Positions 10,035 through 20,253 are shown, numbered from the stretch's first letter. The stretch is 64,000 nt of DNA from Akkermansiaceae bacterium (GCA_051251915.1 JBPOGF010000020.1:34165-98164), one strand, 5' to 3'. Translations and numbers: made by a program. Notes: a model not told the origin generated them from the letters alone.

Positions 10035-11369
10035 ATGCAAACTTTAGAAATGCCTAGCATTACCGCACAACAGCCACCAATGCTACCAGACGCACCACAA
10101 TGGTTCCAAGACCTCCAAAACGCAGCCTGGAAAATCTACCAAGACACACCAGCTCCAACCCGTAAAATGGAAACCTGGCGCTTCGGCGACCTCAAGCAGC
10201 TCAACCTCGACAACTTCATCCCAGCATCAGAAATCGACGCCGGTGACATCGAGCTAGAACTCAACGGACTAGAAGAAACCTCAGCCCAATTCATCTTCTC
10301 AAACGAAGACACAGTCCACGCTGAATCAAACCTACCAGAAGGCGTCATCTGCCTACCACTAGCAGACGCACTCCAAGAACACAGCGAACTCATCCACCAG
10401 CACCTCCTCAAACAAGAAGTCAAACTCGGATCAGAGAAATACGCAGCACTCCACGCAGCCAGCCTCTCAAACGGGCTCTTCGTCTACGTCCCAAAAGGAA
10501 TCGAAGTCGAAAAACCCATCGAAGCCTACCACATCGTCGCCGGACAAAATGCAGCCATCTTCCCACACACCCTCATCATCACCGAGGACAACGCCAAAGT
10601 CAGCGTAGTCGACTACTTCATCTCCGCCAAAGCAGGTCAAACTGAAAACTCTAGCGAGGTCTGTTACGATAAAGACGCAGAAGAAACTCACCTCGTCCTA
10701 GCCATGAACGACCTTGTAGCCGCCAACGGCTCACAGCTCAACTACCTAGCCATCCAAAACGTCAACCTTTCATCCAAGGTCATCCAGATCGGCAGCACCA
10801 CAGTAGACCGTGACTCACGCGCCAAATCATTCGTCCTCAACGTAGGCGCATCATGGGCTCGTAACGAATCATACTCCACCCTCGCAGGAACAGGAGCACA
10901 CTCAGACATGCTCTCACTAAACATCCCAACAGGAGACCAAAAGTATGACCAGCGCACCTTCCAGCACCACGCGTCACCACACACATACAGTGACCTCCTC
11001 TACAAAAACGCCCTCTACGGCAAGTCCAAGACCACATTCTCCGGACTCATCGCAGTTGACGAAGACGCACACTACACAGACGCATACCAGACCTGCAGAA
11101 ACCTCCTCATGACAGACACCACAGAGGCCAACTCCATGCCAGGTCTCCAGATCAATGCAGACCAAGTCAAATGCTCACACGGATCAACCGCCTCAGCCAT
11201 CAGCGACGAAGAAATCTTCTACCTCCAGGCCCGCGGCATCCACCCTAAACAAGCCCGCCAGCTCATCGCCCGTGGCTTCTGCGTCCAAGTCATCGACCGC
11301 CTAGAAAACGAACCCCTCCAAAACCTCGTTCTAAACTACCTAGACGAGAAGTTCACTACGGTAGCATAA
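10035..11369 (+). CDS. sufD: Fe-S cluster assembly protein SufD
   Basis: ETWRF, PGLQINADQVKCSHGST, FYLQARGI. The ATG at 10035 is preferred over the GTG at 9984. Confidence 0.95.
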   Translation: MQTLEMPSITAQQPPMLPDAPQWFQDLQNAAWKIYQDTPAPTRKMETWRFGDLKQLNLDNFIPASEIDAGDIELELNGLEETSAQFIFSNEDTVHAESNLPEGVICLPLADALQEHSELIHQHLLKQEVKLGSEKYAALHAASLSNGLFVYVPKGIEVEKPIEAYHIVAGQNAAIFPHTLIITEDNAKVSVVDYFISAKAGQTENSSEVCYDKDAEETHLVLAMNDLVAANGSQLNYLAIQNVNLSSKVIQIGSTTVDRDSRAKSFVLNVGASWARNESYSTLAGTGAHSDMLSLNIPTGDQKYDQRTFQHHASPHTYSDLLYKNALYGKSKTTFSGLIAVDEDAHYTDAYQTCRNLLMTDTTEANSMPGLQINADQVKCSHGSTASAISDEEIFYLQARGIHPKQARQLIARGFCVQVIDRLENEPLQNLVLNYLDEKFTTVA

Positions 11370-11397
11370 TAAGGTTAACACTCTAAATAACTCACCC

Positions 11398-11431
11398 AAA
11401 GCTCTCTGCATTAGTTTGTAGGGAGCTTTTT
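11398..11431 (+). terminator. Intrinsic terminator of the suf operon
   Basis: AAAGCTCTCTGCA-TTAGTT-TGTAGGGAGCTTTTT. Confidence 0.75.
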
Positions 11432-11562
11432 CCTTATAGACCTCACTGCTTCTTTTAAGTCAGCGGAGCCAGCCCAAGACAAGAGTATCAAATGATTTTA
11501 CTACACTACTTAGAATAAGGTATTTACCTTGCCTTAAATAAGTATTTACTAATAATTAGTGT

Positions 11563-14500
11563 ATGAGTCTCTTAACAGGTGGAACTGCCGATAAATTAGG
11601 AAACCGATACGAAGATCGTTGGATGATTCTTCAATTTATCAGAGCTATAGATGGAGAGATTGATAGTATTCGTATCGAAGATCCCACAGCAGATAAATCC
11701 GAATGCTTGATCAGGTCAGCAAAAGGAGATGAGCTACATCAAAATAAACGATCGAAAGCTTCTGGTAGTTGGACATTAAATCAATTAGGGAGCAATCATG
11801 CAGATATACTTTCAGCAGTTTTTAGACAACTAGACGGGAACAACAGTTCTTTCTATTTTGTATCTGGTAGTGACTCTCCTGAATTAAAAGCTCTGACAGA
11901 TCAAGCCAGACTCGTTTCAGATTTTACAGATTACAAAGAGAAAGTTCTTTCTACAAAAACTCATGAGAATTCTTATAACGCTCTTCTCAAAGAATGGGGT
12001 ATAACCAATGACGAAAAGGCTCTGAATATCCTTAAGAGAGTATATGTGAGAGTCATTGATGAAGAAGGCATACTTACAATAATCAACTCTAAGCTGAGAG
12101 CTCTTTTTTTATCTAATCACGGAGAAATCCGCCGCATTCTTCAGGAAATCATCACTAATAATATTGGTGTTAATTTTACTGGCGTTGATATTCGAAATAA
12201 AATCAAAGCTCTTGGGCATCGGTTCAGAGCAATTACCGACGCAGACTCTGCACTACGAAAAGTTAACGAATTAACTGATCAATATATTACTGAGACACGA
12301 CGCAGACTTATTGCTGAAAGTCTTATCCCGCGTGATATTTCAGGAAAAATTGTTGACCGTATTCTATCAGCAACCGGACAAACAGATACTCTCTTAGTCA
12401 GTGATGCTGGTGGAGGGAAAAGTGTCTGTTTAACAGAAATTTCAGAAACTCTGCGAGCTTCTGAGATAACTGTTCTAACATTCCGTCTTGACCGTTTAAA
12501 GCCTACAACTACAAGCTTTAAACTTGGTGAACAATTGGGCTTAGAGGAATCCCCTTCCTTCGTTTTATCCAATTTAGAATCAAATAGAACAGCTGTCTTA
12601 GTCATTGATCAATTAGATGCTGTGTCTACTGCTTCAGGTCGCTACTCAGAATATATCTATGCAGTAGAATCTATAATTGAGGACATAAAAGCTCTAAAAA
12701 GGAAGAAACCTATACATGTCATTCTTGCTTGCCGAAAGTTTGATCTAAATAATGATCATAGGTTAAGAAAATTGATCACTCAGAAAAATTCATTATTCAA
12801 ACTTGGCGATTTTAGTCTTCCAGAAGTTCAGCTAGTTCTCAAGACGTTGCCAATTGACCACAGCCTTCTCAATGACAGACAATTAAAACTTTTAGCTAGA
12901 CCCCAAAATCTGTCGTTATTCAGTCAACTTCGAGAATACTCAGAGTCTGTAACAAGTTTTGGATCCACCAAAGATCTATTTGATACCTATTGGAATGAAA
13001 AACGTATGGCAGTAGCTAAGAGATTTGGGAAAGAAGAAGATTATTGGTCAAATGTTATCGACTTTTTGGCTAGAGAAATGACAAATAATCAACAACTCTC
13101 AGTAGCTAAAGAGTGTCTTGATGAATTCCCTCCCAAATATATTGAGCAATTAATTTCAGAAAACGTTCTCTCATTACATTCAGGTCGGTATGGCTTCGGT
13201 CATGAGAGCTTCTTTGATTACTGTTATGCTAGACGCTTTATTAGAAAAAATGAATCACTAGTCACAGTTTTAATCACTTCAGAACAACACTTGTTTAGAA
13301 GGGCGCAGGTCCGTCAAATTCTCGCTTATTTACGAGATTCTGACCACCAGAAATACACCAAAGAATTAGAAACATTATTAAAATCGAGTGAAATCCGTAT
13401 TCACATCAAAGACTTAGCTCTTTCAATTTTAGTTGCTGTCCCCAGTGTAAGTGAATCGGAATGGCTAATAATTGAACCTTGGATAGATACAAAGCTAACC
13501 AAGCTGAAAAAAGAAAAATCAGAAGCTTTTGCTGATCTAGTTTGGCAGCACTTTTTTCACTCAAATTCATGGTTCACCTATGCTTATACGGCAGGATTAC
13601 CAGCAAAGTGGCTAAATTCCGATTCTGAAAAAGTTATTAACGTAGGAGTGAATTATCTGCGTCGCCATCAGAAAGAGAATGCAAGTGTAGTTGCTGAACT
13701 TCTCACCCCTTTTAAAGACGAATCTGGGATTTGGAGAGATAGACTTAAAGGAATCATGCAATGGGCAGATCTAGAGCAATCCCGCTCATTCTTTGATCTA
13801 TTTTTAGACTTAGTCTCAAATGGTTGCCTTGACGAAGCAAAAGGACCAATAGCAGTCAATAGCACGTTCTGGGATATGATCTACAACTTAGATAAAGTTC
13901 AACCTTCTTGGGTTATAGAACTTCTTATAGTTTGGATTCGTCGTCGTATTAAGATTATTCAAGACGGTATGACTGAAAAGAATACAAAACCTAATTGGGA
14001 AAATATATTTCCATCTGGTCAGTCGGGAGTAAAGACAGTGAGTAAGGCCATTGAACTCTGCCCTGAAGAAACTTTAAAAAACCTCCTACCGCTTAGCCTA
14101 GAACTTGCAGAGCTAGGCGCATATGAAGGAGATAACCTACCCGTCCGAGATGCTGTGTGGGGATACTTTCTCAAATCTAATTATCCAGATCTGCGTCAGA
14201 TAATTCATTCATCCATCTGTGCCTCACTAAATAAGACAGCTAAAAATTCACCTCAAGATTTAGAGGCAGTAGTTTCTAATCTATCTGGTAGACAAACTTA
14301 TTTCTCCAATAAAATTCTACTTGGTATTTTCACAGCTGGAGCAGAATATTTTGCTGACCAAGCTCTTGCTCTATTAGAAAACGAACCTTGGCGATTTCGG
14401 TGCGGATATTCTGATAGCTCTTACTGGACATCTCGTTGCCTAGTCGGAGCTATAGCTCCTAATTTGTCTCACAAAAGAATGAAGGATCTAGAAGATTTAG

Positions 14501-16101
14501 TCTTAGGATACCGCTCTACATGGGAGCAGACAAAGAGCGGTTATAAATATACAGGAGACGCTATTCATAGCCTAAGTGGCAGCATTCCCAAAAATCTACT
14601 CAGTAAAGCAGGACAGAAAAAACTAAAAGAACTTGCTCGAAAATTTGGTGACCAGGAAAAAGCTCCTCGTGGTATTACTGGTGGCGCTGTAGTATCTCCG
14701 ATCTCCTCTGAAGCAGAGGAAAAAATGACTGACGACCAGTGGAGGACTGCAATACAAAAATACAGTGCCAGTGATCGTGAGCGGTTCAGTGGAGATTTCT
14801 TAAAAGGCGGTGCCTATGAACTAGCAGGTTCAATGAAGCCTTTTATAATTAAAGAACCAGAGCGTTTTGCTGAATTGGCTCTTAGTTTACCTAAAAACAC
14901 CAATTCAGTATACTTTGATTATTTTTTGATGTCATTTGAAGAAGCCAAGTGTCCTGTAGACCTTAAGCTCAATGTTGCAAAAAAAGCTTTTCAAGAGCAT
15001 AAATTAAAATGTGGTAGATGGATAGCTAGCCTCCTAGGTAGTATAGACGAGCGCTTAGACGATGAGTTTATTGAAATGCTTAATTGGCTTGCAATAAAAC
15101 ACCCTAATCCTAAACGTGAGTTATGGAAACCTTCAGATACAGATCCTACAGAATATTATGGAGGTAGTATCTCAGACTGCGGTCTAAATTCAGACAGAGG
15201 GCGAGCTGTTATTGCGATTGCTGATCTGATTAAAAAAGACGAAGAATATATTCAACGTTTTAGCACAACAATCTCACTACTGTCAGAAGAAAAAACTCTT
15301 TCTGTTAAAGCTTCAGCTATAAGAGTTTCATATGAGATTATAAGGCATGATAAAGATCGCGCTATAGAATTGTTTTTAGACATAACTAAGCTTGATCCCC
15401 GTCTTCTAGCTATCCACTACTCTGATCACTTCCTGGCTTGGGCAATCCAGCAAGAATTTTCTACTGTCGAATCATCTTTATTAGTTTTGTTGCGTTCTAG
15501 TGAAGAAAAAGAATCCAAAGTTGGAGCGCGATTGTTAGCCTTAGCCAAGCTATACTCACAGCGAACAGACAGTTACATCGAAGAAGCTTTAAACGGATCT
15601 CCTCCTCAACGAAAAGGTGTAGCCGAAGTAGCTGCAAAAAATATTGGTCTAGTTGATTCTCGAGAATGGTGTGAAAAAACACTTATAAGACTGTTTTTAG
15701 ATTCAGATTCATCTGTCAGAGATATTGCTGCTAGCTCCTTCAGAGAACTCGAAGAGAAAGACCTCTCGCAATACAATCAATTAATAAGAATATTCTCCGA
15801 AAGCTTAAGCTTTAAATCAAACTCATCCAGTTTAATGAGTACCCTAGAAAAAACCAAATATCGCCTACCTGAGCTTACGATGGTTGTCTGTGAAAATTTC
15901 ATTCTACAAATTTCTCCTGAAAACACACGTGCATTTTCTCAAAATTATGTCGATTCAAGCTCACTTGGAACATTGGTCTTTCGTATCTACCAGCAATACC
16001 AGTCAGAACCATTATCTATACAAGCTTTAGACTTAATTGATGAAATGATTATTTCAGGACTAGGAGAGCCCAACCAGTATTTAAATCAATTTGAACGGTG
16101 A
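11563..16101 (+). CDS. Nuclease-STAND/NACHT ATPase with a helical-repeat C-terminus; Avs (AVAST)-like antiphage protein
   Basis: N-terminal GGTADKLGNRYEDRW...D44-E47...HQNK62 (PD-(D/E)xK-like). Walker A SDAGGGKS (~aa 280), Walker B VLVIDQLDAVS, ACR sensor, winged-helix FGHESFFDY, then a long helical HEAT/ARM-like region. AT-rich codon usage unlike its neighbours. Confidence 0.8.
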   Translation: MSLLTGGTADKLGNRYEDRWMILQFIRAIDGEIDSIRIEDPTADKSECLIRSAKGDELHQNKRSKASGSWTLNQLGSNHADILSAVFRQLDGNNSSFYFVSGSDSPELKALTDQARLVSDFTDYKEKVLSTKTHENSYNALLKEWGITNDEKALNILKRVYVRVIDEEGILTIINSKLRALFLSNHGEIRRILQEIITNNIGVNFTGVDIRNKIKALGHRFRAITDADSALRKVNELTDQYITETRRRLIAESLIPRDISGKIVDRILSATGQTDTLLVSDAGGGKSVCLTEISETLRASEITVLTFRLDRLKPTTTSFKLGEQLGLEESPSFVLSNLESNRTAVLVIDQLDAVSTASGRYSEYIYAVESIIEDIKALKRKKPIHVILACRKFDLNNDHRLRKLITQKNSLFKLGDFSLPEVQLVLKTLPIDHSLLNDRQLKLLARPQNLSLFSQLREYSESVTSFGSTKDLFDTYWNEKRMAVAKRFGKEEDYWSNVIDFLAREMTNNQQLSVAKECLDEFPPKYIEQLISENVLSLHSGRYGFGHESFFDYCYARRFIRKNESLVTVLITSEQHLFRRAQVRQILAYLRDSDHQKYTKELETLLKSSEIRIHIKDLALSILVAVPSVSESEWLIIEPWIDTKLTKLKKEKSEAFADLVWQHFFHSNSWFTYAYTAGLPAKWLNSDSEKVINVGVNYLRRHQKENASVVAELLTPFKDESGIWRDRLKGIMQWADLEQSRSFFDLFLDLVSNGCLDEAKGPIAVNSTFWDMIYNLDKVQPSWVIELLIVWIRRRIKIIQDGMTEKNTKPNWENIFPSGQSGVKTVSKAIELCPEETLKNLLPLSLELAELGAYEGDNLPVRDAVWGYFLKSNYPDLRQIIHSSICASLNKTAKNSPQDLEAVVSNLSGRQTYFSNKILLGIFTAGAEYFADQALALLENEPWRFRCGYSDSSYWTSRCLVGAIAPNLSHKRMKDLEDLVLGYRSTWEQTKSGYKYTGDAIHSLSGSIPKNLLSKAGQKKLKELARKFGDQEKAPRGITGGAVVSPISSEAEEKMTDDQWRTAIQKYSASDRERFSGDFLKGGAYELAGSMKPFIIKEPERFAELALSLPKNTNSVYFDYFLMSFEEAKCPVDLKLNVAKKAFQEHKLKCGRWIASLLGSIDERLDDEFIEMLNWLAIKHPNPKRELWKPSDTDPTEYYGGSISDCGLNSDRGRAVIAIADLIKKDEEYIQRFSTTISLLSEEKTLSVKASAIRVSYEIIRHDKDRAIELFLDITKLDPRLLAIHYSDHFLAWAIQQEFSTVESSLLVLLRSSEEKESKVGARLLALAKLYSQRTDSYIEEALNGSPPQRKGVAEVAAKNIGLVDSREWCEKTLIRLFLDSDSSVRDIAASSFRELEEKDLSQYNQLIRIFSESLSFKSNSSSLMSTLEKTKYRLPELTMVVCENFILQISPENTRAFSQNYVDSSSLGTLVFRIYQQYQSEPLSIQALDLIDEMIISGLGEPNQYLNQFER

Positions 16102-16194
16102 AATACACACCTCTATTAATTAAACTTTAAAGTAATTAAACCTTCTCTAATTTTTCCTTCCACTATGAAACATATTATGGGAATGTTATTCACT

Positions 16195-16533
16195 ATGAGT
16201 AAACTAGACGAAGCTATTGAAGCAGCAGTAAAACAAATGAAGGCTCAAAGCATTTCATGCGATGAGGAATTACTTAGAAAAGTAGCCAAAGGTCTAGGAC
16301 CTTCCATCTACACAGCAGACGGCAAGCTCGTTGCTGCAAGTGATGCGAAAGAGATCGCCACCGTGAAGAAAAACTTCATTGGTAAAAAACTAGGTGAAAC
16401 AGATGAAGCTAAGCAAGACGCCGCCATCGCACACGCTATCGAGAAAATTGGCTCATCTAACAGACAGAAACTACGCACAGTATTCTGCTATATTATCGTT
16501 AAAAAACTGAAAAAAGAATCAGTTTACGCGTAA
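16195..16533 (+). CDS. DUF2853-family protein
   Basis: GLGPSIY...VKKNFIGKKLG...GSSNRQKLR pattern. Start MSKLDE preferred (the track start is 16165). Confidence 0.75.
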   Translation: MSKLDEAIEAAVKQMKAQSISCDEELLRKVAKGLGPSIYTADGKLVAASDAKEIATVKKNFIGKKLGETDEAKQDAAIAHAIEKIGSSNRQKLRTVFCYIIVKKLKKESVYA

Positions 16534-16562
16534 GCAGATATTATCTAACAAAAGTTTAAAGC

Positions 16563-16597
16563 AGGTGGCCGGATCATACTCCAGTCACCTTTTTTTT
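16563..16597 (+). terminator. Intrinsic terminator
   Basis: AGGTGGCCGGA-loop-TCCAGTCACCT followed by a T-run. Confidence 0.7.
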
Positions 16598-16617
16598 ATG
16601 GATTGAATGAAGAATTG

Positions 16618-17109
16618 CTAACCAATGACCTCAAACCTCCCCATCTCCCGATTCTTCCTAACATTTCCAGCAGAAAAAACCTCCCCACTCATCGCAATAT
16701 AAACTCCCGCCGGCATCGATTGAACCGCCCCCATAGCTAAGCCCAAATTAAACACCGCATCCGTCACCCTAAATCTCGCAGGCGAAAGTGCCCCTGTCAG
16801 AACAATCGTCTTCCCCTCAATCCCACCTGCACGAACAAGGTGCTCCGCAGTCTCACACATCGTATCCGTCCCATGAGTAATAAGAATCTTATTAAACCTC
16901 GAATTCCCACAACGCTCGCTAATATGCTCTCGATCCACATCAGTCAGCTCCAGACTATCCTTCCGCATCAGCGGCTCTAAATCATACTCAGCATGCACCC
17001 CCACCTCTTGGAAAATATGCGGGATCGTAGGCTCACCTATTTCATACTCAGACGTAGCATCAAAGTAAATCTTATCAATCGTCCCGCCAGTAGTTAATAT
17101 TTTAATCAT
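16618..17109 (-). CDS. Short asparaginase/glutaminase-domain protein
   Basis: TTGGTI, DS, HGTDT and VLTGA motifs; N-terminal catalytic domain only. Confidence 0.88.
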   Translation of the reverse strand: MIKILTTGGTIDKIYFDATSEYEIGEPTIPHIFQEVGVHAEYDLEPLMRKDSLELTDVDREHISERCGNSRFNKILITHGTDTMCETAEHLVRAGGIEGKTIVLTGALSPARFRVTDAVFNLGLAMGAVQSMPAGVYIAMSGEVFSAGNVRKNREMGRFEVIG

Positions 17110-17956
17110 TTGAATCTAATAAGTTAAGTGAAGCCACCACACTATCCGCCGCATCTAACAACGAAGGAAACTCAAGCTCCCATCCCAAATCTAACATCTT
17201 CAGATTAGAGACACGTTTATTTAGCCTAACTTCTGATGCTCCTCTACCGGGCATGGGCAGTGAAAACTTCTCACACAGTGCGCTGTATGTTTCTTTCACA
17301 GTCAAATTTGTAGTTTCAGAAACATTATAAATCCCACGCAGATCATTCTCTAACAAAAATAAACAACCACTAGCTCCATCACGATGGTGGATGTGATTCA
17401 ACACACGCTCCCCATCGCCAGCCATCACCGCCTCACCCGCAAATAAGCGCTTTAACAAATACGATTTCCCATCACCATAAATCCCAGAAAGCCTCACCAC
17501 CGTCCCTTCAGCATCCAGAACAGCGCGCTCTGCATCTAACAAAACTTTCGCAGTATCACTCTCAGGTTCTGTTAGAGAATCCTCAGTCACCACAGTCCCA
17601 TCCTGCTGACCATACACCGAAGTACTCGAGGTAAATAAAACATGCGCATCAGAAAACACGTTCGTTAGATTCTCACACCCCATCTTATATACCTCCACAT
17701 AACTCGCCAACCTAACCTCCACAGATGCTCCCCGCCCAGCTGAAGCTGAAGCACAATGAATCACATGCGTAGGCTCAATACCACTAGAGCTAAGTTTTTC
17801 AGCAAGCGACTCCACTTGCTTCAAATCAGAAATATCCACCGGAAAAGAATCATCAGATCTCGACGCAACCGTAACTGACCACCCCGCATCCCTAAAGACA
17901 CGCAAAATCTCCTGACCTAAATACCCAGGCCCAATCAATAACAGGTGCCGCTTCAT
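17102..17956 (-). CDS. NAD-dependent epimerase/atypical SDR (YeeZ-like)
   Basis: GPGYLG, FTSSTSVYG, RLSGIYG, NHIH, KRVSN. Confidence 0.85.
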   Translation of the reverse strand: MKRHLLLIGPGYLGQEILRVFRDAGWSVTVASRSDDSFPVDISDLKQVESLAEKLSSSGIEPTHVIHCASASAGRGASVEVRLASYVEVYKMGCENLTNVFSDAHVLFTSSTSVYGQQDGTVVTEDSLTEPESDTAKVLLDAERAVLDAEGTVVRLSGIYGDGKSYLLKRLFAGEAVMAGDGERVLNHIHHRDGASGCLFLLENDLRGIYNVSETTNLTVKETYSALCEKFSLPMPGRGASEVRLNKRVSNLKMLDLGWELEFPSLLDAADSVVASLNLLDSND

Positions 17957-19329
17957 TTCCTCCCTGAGTAATACGTCACTAAACCTTCCGTCACAGCATT
18001 CACATACTCACGGAAAATCGATGGTCTCAACATCCCATTCAAATAACGCAACCCCTCGTAATCCCCCTGCATCAACCTCGCATGCGAATCAGCACCATTC
18101 ATCAAGTATGGCTCATAAAACACCACAGGACAAAGATACGACCTATTCGCCGCTAGATTCCTAGCCCATAGGTAAGGATTTTTATCCACATTCAACGCCC
18201 GGTTTGAAGCCGGATCATACTGGTAAGGTTTCAAGCCCGTATGAGCAGTAAATGCATCAGCAGCATAAGCACTCAGCCGAGCTTCTTCCGGGTGAATCCT
18301 CTGTAAAACTCTCTGCATCATCGCGAACCTCTGGTCATCTTTTGCAACCTCTCCATCCATATAAGCACCATTTAGTATCATATGCAGATGCTCATCTTGG
18401 ATCAATTCCTCACTCGTTGGCCCCGCATTAAAATGCAGACATAACACCAAATCAGGACGATAATCATTATTCACATGCTTAGCCCTCTCACGTATCTCAC
18501 CTGCCCTATAAAACAATTTCTCACTCTCACGCTCTATCGCCACAGGAGTCGCCCACAAGTTCGCTTTGCTCAACTTTGTATAAGCATACTTATAATAATC
18601 ATCAGTCTGGTTTACATTCACAGGTTTCAGATACTCACGAGTAAGAGTCACCTGCGCCCCCAGCGTCTCCAATTGCTTAGCCAGTAATTTAGCCACCTTC
18701 AGCGTAAGGTTCCCCTCTTTCACTGGAGGCGAATCCTTGTAGTAAAACTCGCGTTCCTCAATATTTGCAAATTTTCCACCAATATGCCCCGGATCAATCA
18801 CGATACGCAGTCCCAATAATGGTTTCGTAGGGTCTTTCACATTAAGCTCATCACGTTTTCTCCAAAATTTAGGCGGCCGCTCTTGCTTTACCTCAGAAGC
18901 AAAAAATAACTTATATAACTTCGTCCCATCAGCAGCAGACATGCGGATTAATGCTGACTCATCAGTAGTCGTGACCCAGTCTTTCCACTTCCCATTAATG
19001 GTATAAACCTCTTCCAACTCACGCTCGAAATCTTCCCTTGTTATCGTGTACTGATACGCATCAAGCTCCGTCCAGTCAGGATTACTTGCAAGTTCTGTAA
19101 GATGTTTATTGTATTCCCTAGGCACTTTTTCTTCCTGTTTAGCTTCCAATGCTATTTCCTCTCCCTCAGCTATAGCATCTTCCAATGCAGTTTTATCCCC
19201 AGCTGGCATATCTGGGATTTCAGGAGGGTTAGCAGACTTGATCACCCCCTGAGTCACGAAAGCTACCACTAGGGCTAGAACCACTAATGTCACCTCAAGG
19301 GCATATGATTTTTGTTTCTTCGTACTCAT
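17953..19329 (-). CDS. Membrane-anchored N-acetylmuramoyl-L-alanine amidase (Amidase_3)
   Basis: N-terminal TM segment; IVIDPGH, KEGNLTL, LTR, LCLHFNA and FYE zinc/catalytic motifs. Confidence 0.8.
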   Translation of the reverse strand: MSTKKQKSYALEVTLVVLALVVAFVTQGVIKSANPPEIPDMPAGDKTALEDAIAEGEEIALEAKQEEKVPREYNKHLTELASNPDWTELDAYQYTITREDFERELEEVYTINGKWKDWVTTTDESALIRMSAADGTKLYKLFFASEVKQERPPKFWRKRDELNVKDPTKPLLGLRIVIDPGHIGGKFANIEEREFYYKDSPPVKEGNLTLKVAKLLAKQLETLGAQVTLTREYLKPVNVNQTDDYYKYAYTKLSKANLWATPVAIERESEKLFYRAGEIRERAKHVNNDYRPDLVLCLHFNAGPTSEELIQDEHLHMILNGAYMDGEVAKDDQRFAMMQRVLQRIHPEEARLSAYAADAFTAHTGLKPYQYDPASNRALNVDKNPYLWARNLAANRSYLCPVVFYEPYLMNGADSHARLMQGDYEGLRYLNGMLRPSIFREYVNAVTEGLVTYYSGRK

Positions 19330-19449
19330 ATATTCTGGTCTCTAATCGATTCGTGTGTTTCTCTCTCCGCGACGGCTAAAGTTCAGCGTTCCGATAATTC
19401 ATAACGGAGCACTTTCTCCGTTACAAACTTTATACGACACTCAGACCAA

Positions 19450-20253
19450 ATGCGCATTCTTTTTCTTGGAGATATTGTTGGCGAGCCCGGAAGAAAGGCA
19501 GTCATGAATCAACTTACTAATATTAAACGTAAGCACAGCATCGATTTTTGCATCGTTAATGGAGAAAATTCCGCTGGCGGCAGAGGCATCACCCCTAAGA
19601 TAGCAAAAGAACTCTTCGCATCAGGTGTCCAAGTCATCACCACTGGTGACCATGTCTGGGATCAACGCGAGCTACTTGACTACCTCCCCATAGAACCTAA
19701 AATCCTCCGCCCCATTAACTACCCCCCAGACACCCCCGGCAGTGGATCAGTTACGCTAGATACCGAGTTCGGCAAAATCGCCGTCATCAACGCCCAAGGC
19801 AGAACATTCATGAATCCACCTCTGGAAAATCCATTCACGGTCGTGGAAAAGGAAGTCACTAGACTCAAAGAAGAGGAAGACGTCAAAATCATCTTCCTAG
19901 ACTTCCACGCCGAAACCACCAGTGAAAGCATCGCCATGGGATTCCATCTCGATGGCTCAGTCTCTGCCGTAGTTGGCACTCACACCCACGTGCAAACAGC
20001 CGATGAACGTATCCTACCAAATGGAACCGCCCACCTGACCGATGCCGGCATGTGCGGCCCAGAAATTTCAGTCCTTGGTAGAAATGTAGAAAGCATCGTC
20101 TGGAGATTTAAAACCGGACTACCTACCAGATTTCCTGTAGCAAAGGGCCCAGTTAGACTGTGCGGAATGATCGTCGACATTGATCCCGAGACAGGCCTCG
20201 CCACCCACGTTGAACGCTATAATCATCTACTATCACCTAGTGAAATGGGATAG
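19450..20253 (+). CDS. ymdB: YmdB/TIGR00282-family metallophosphoesterase
   Basis: GDIVGEPG, NGENSAGG, DFHAETTSE, GTHTHVQTAD, TDAGMCG. Confidence 0.92.
   Translation: MRILFLGDIVGEPGRKAVMNQLTNIKRKHSIDFCIVNGENSAGGRGITPKIAKELFASGVQVITTGDHVWDQRELLDYLPIEPKILRPINYPPDTPGSGSVTLDTEFGKIAVINAQGRTFMNPPLENPFTVVEKEVTRLKEEEDVKIIFLDFHAETTSESIAMGFHLDGSVSAVVGTHTHVQTADERILPNGTAHLTDAGMCGPEISVLGRNVESIVWRFKTGLPTRFPVAKGPVRLCGMIVDIDPETGLATHVERYNHLLSPSEMG

Noticed and set aside
19330..19449. 6S RNA upstream of ymdB
   Set aside because: The gap is about 120 bp and holds only a short hairpin (TAACGGAG/CTCCGTTA); it is too short for 6S RNA.
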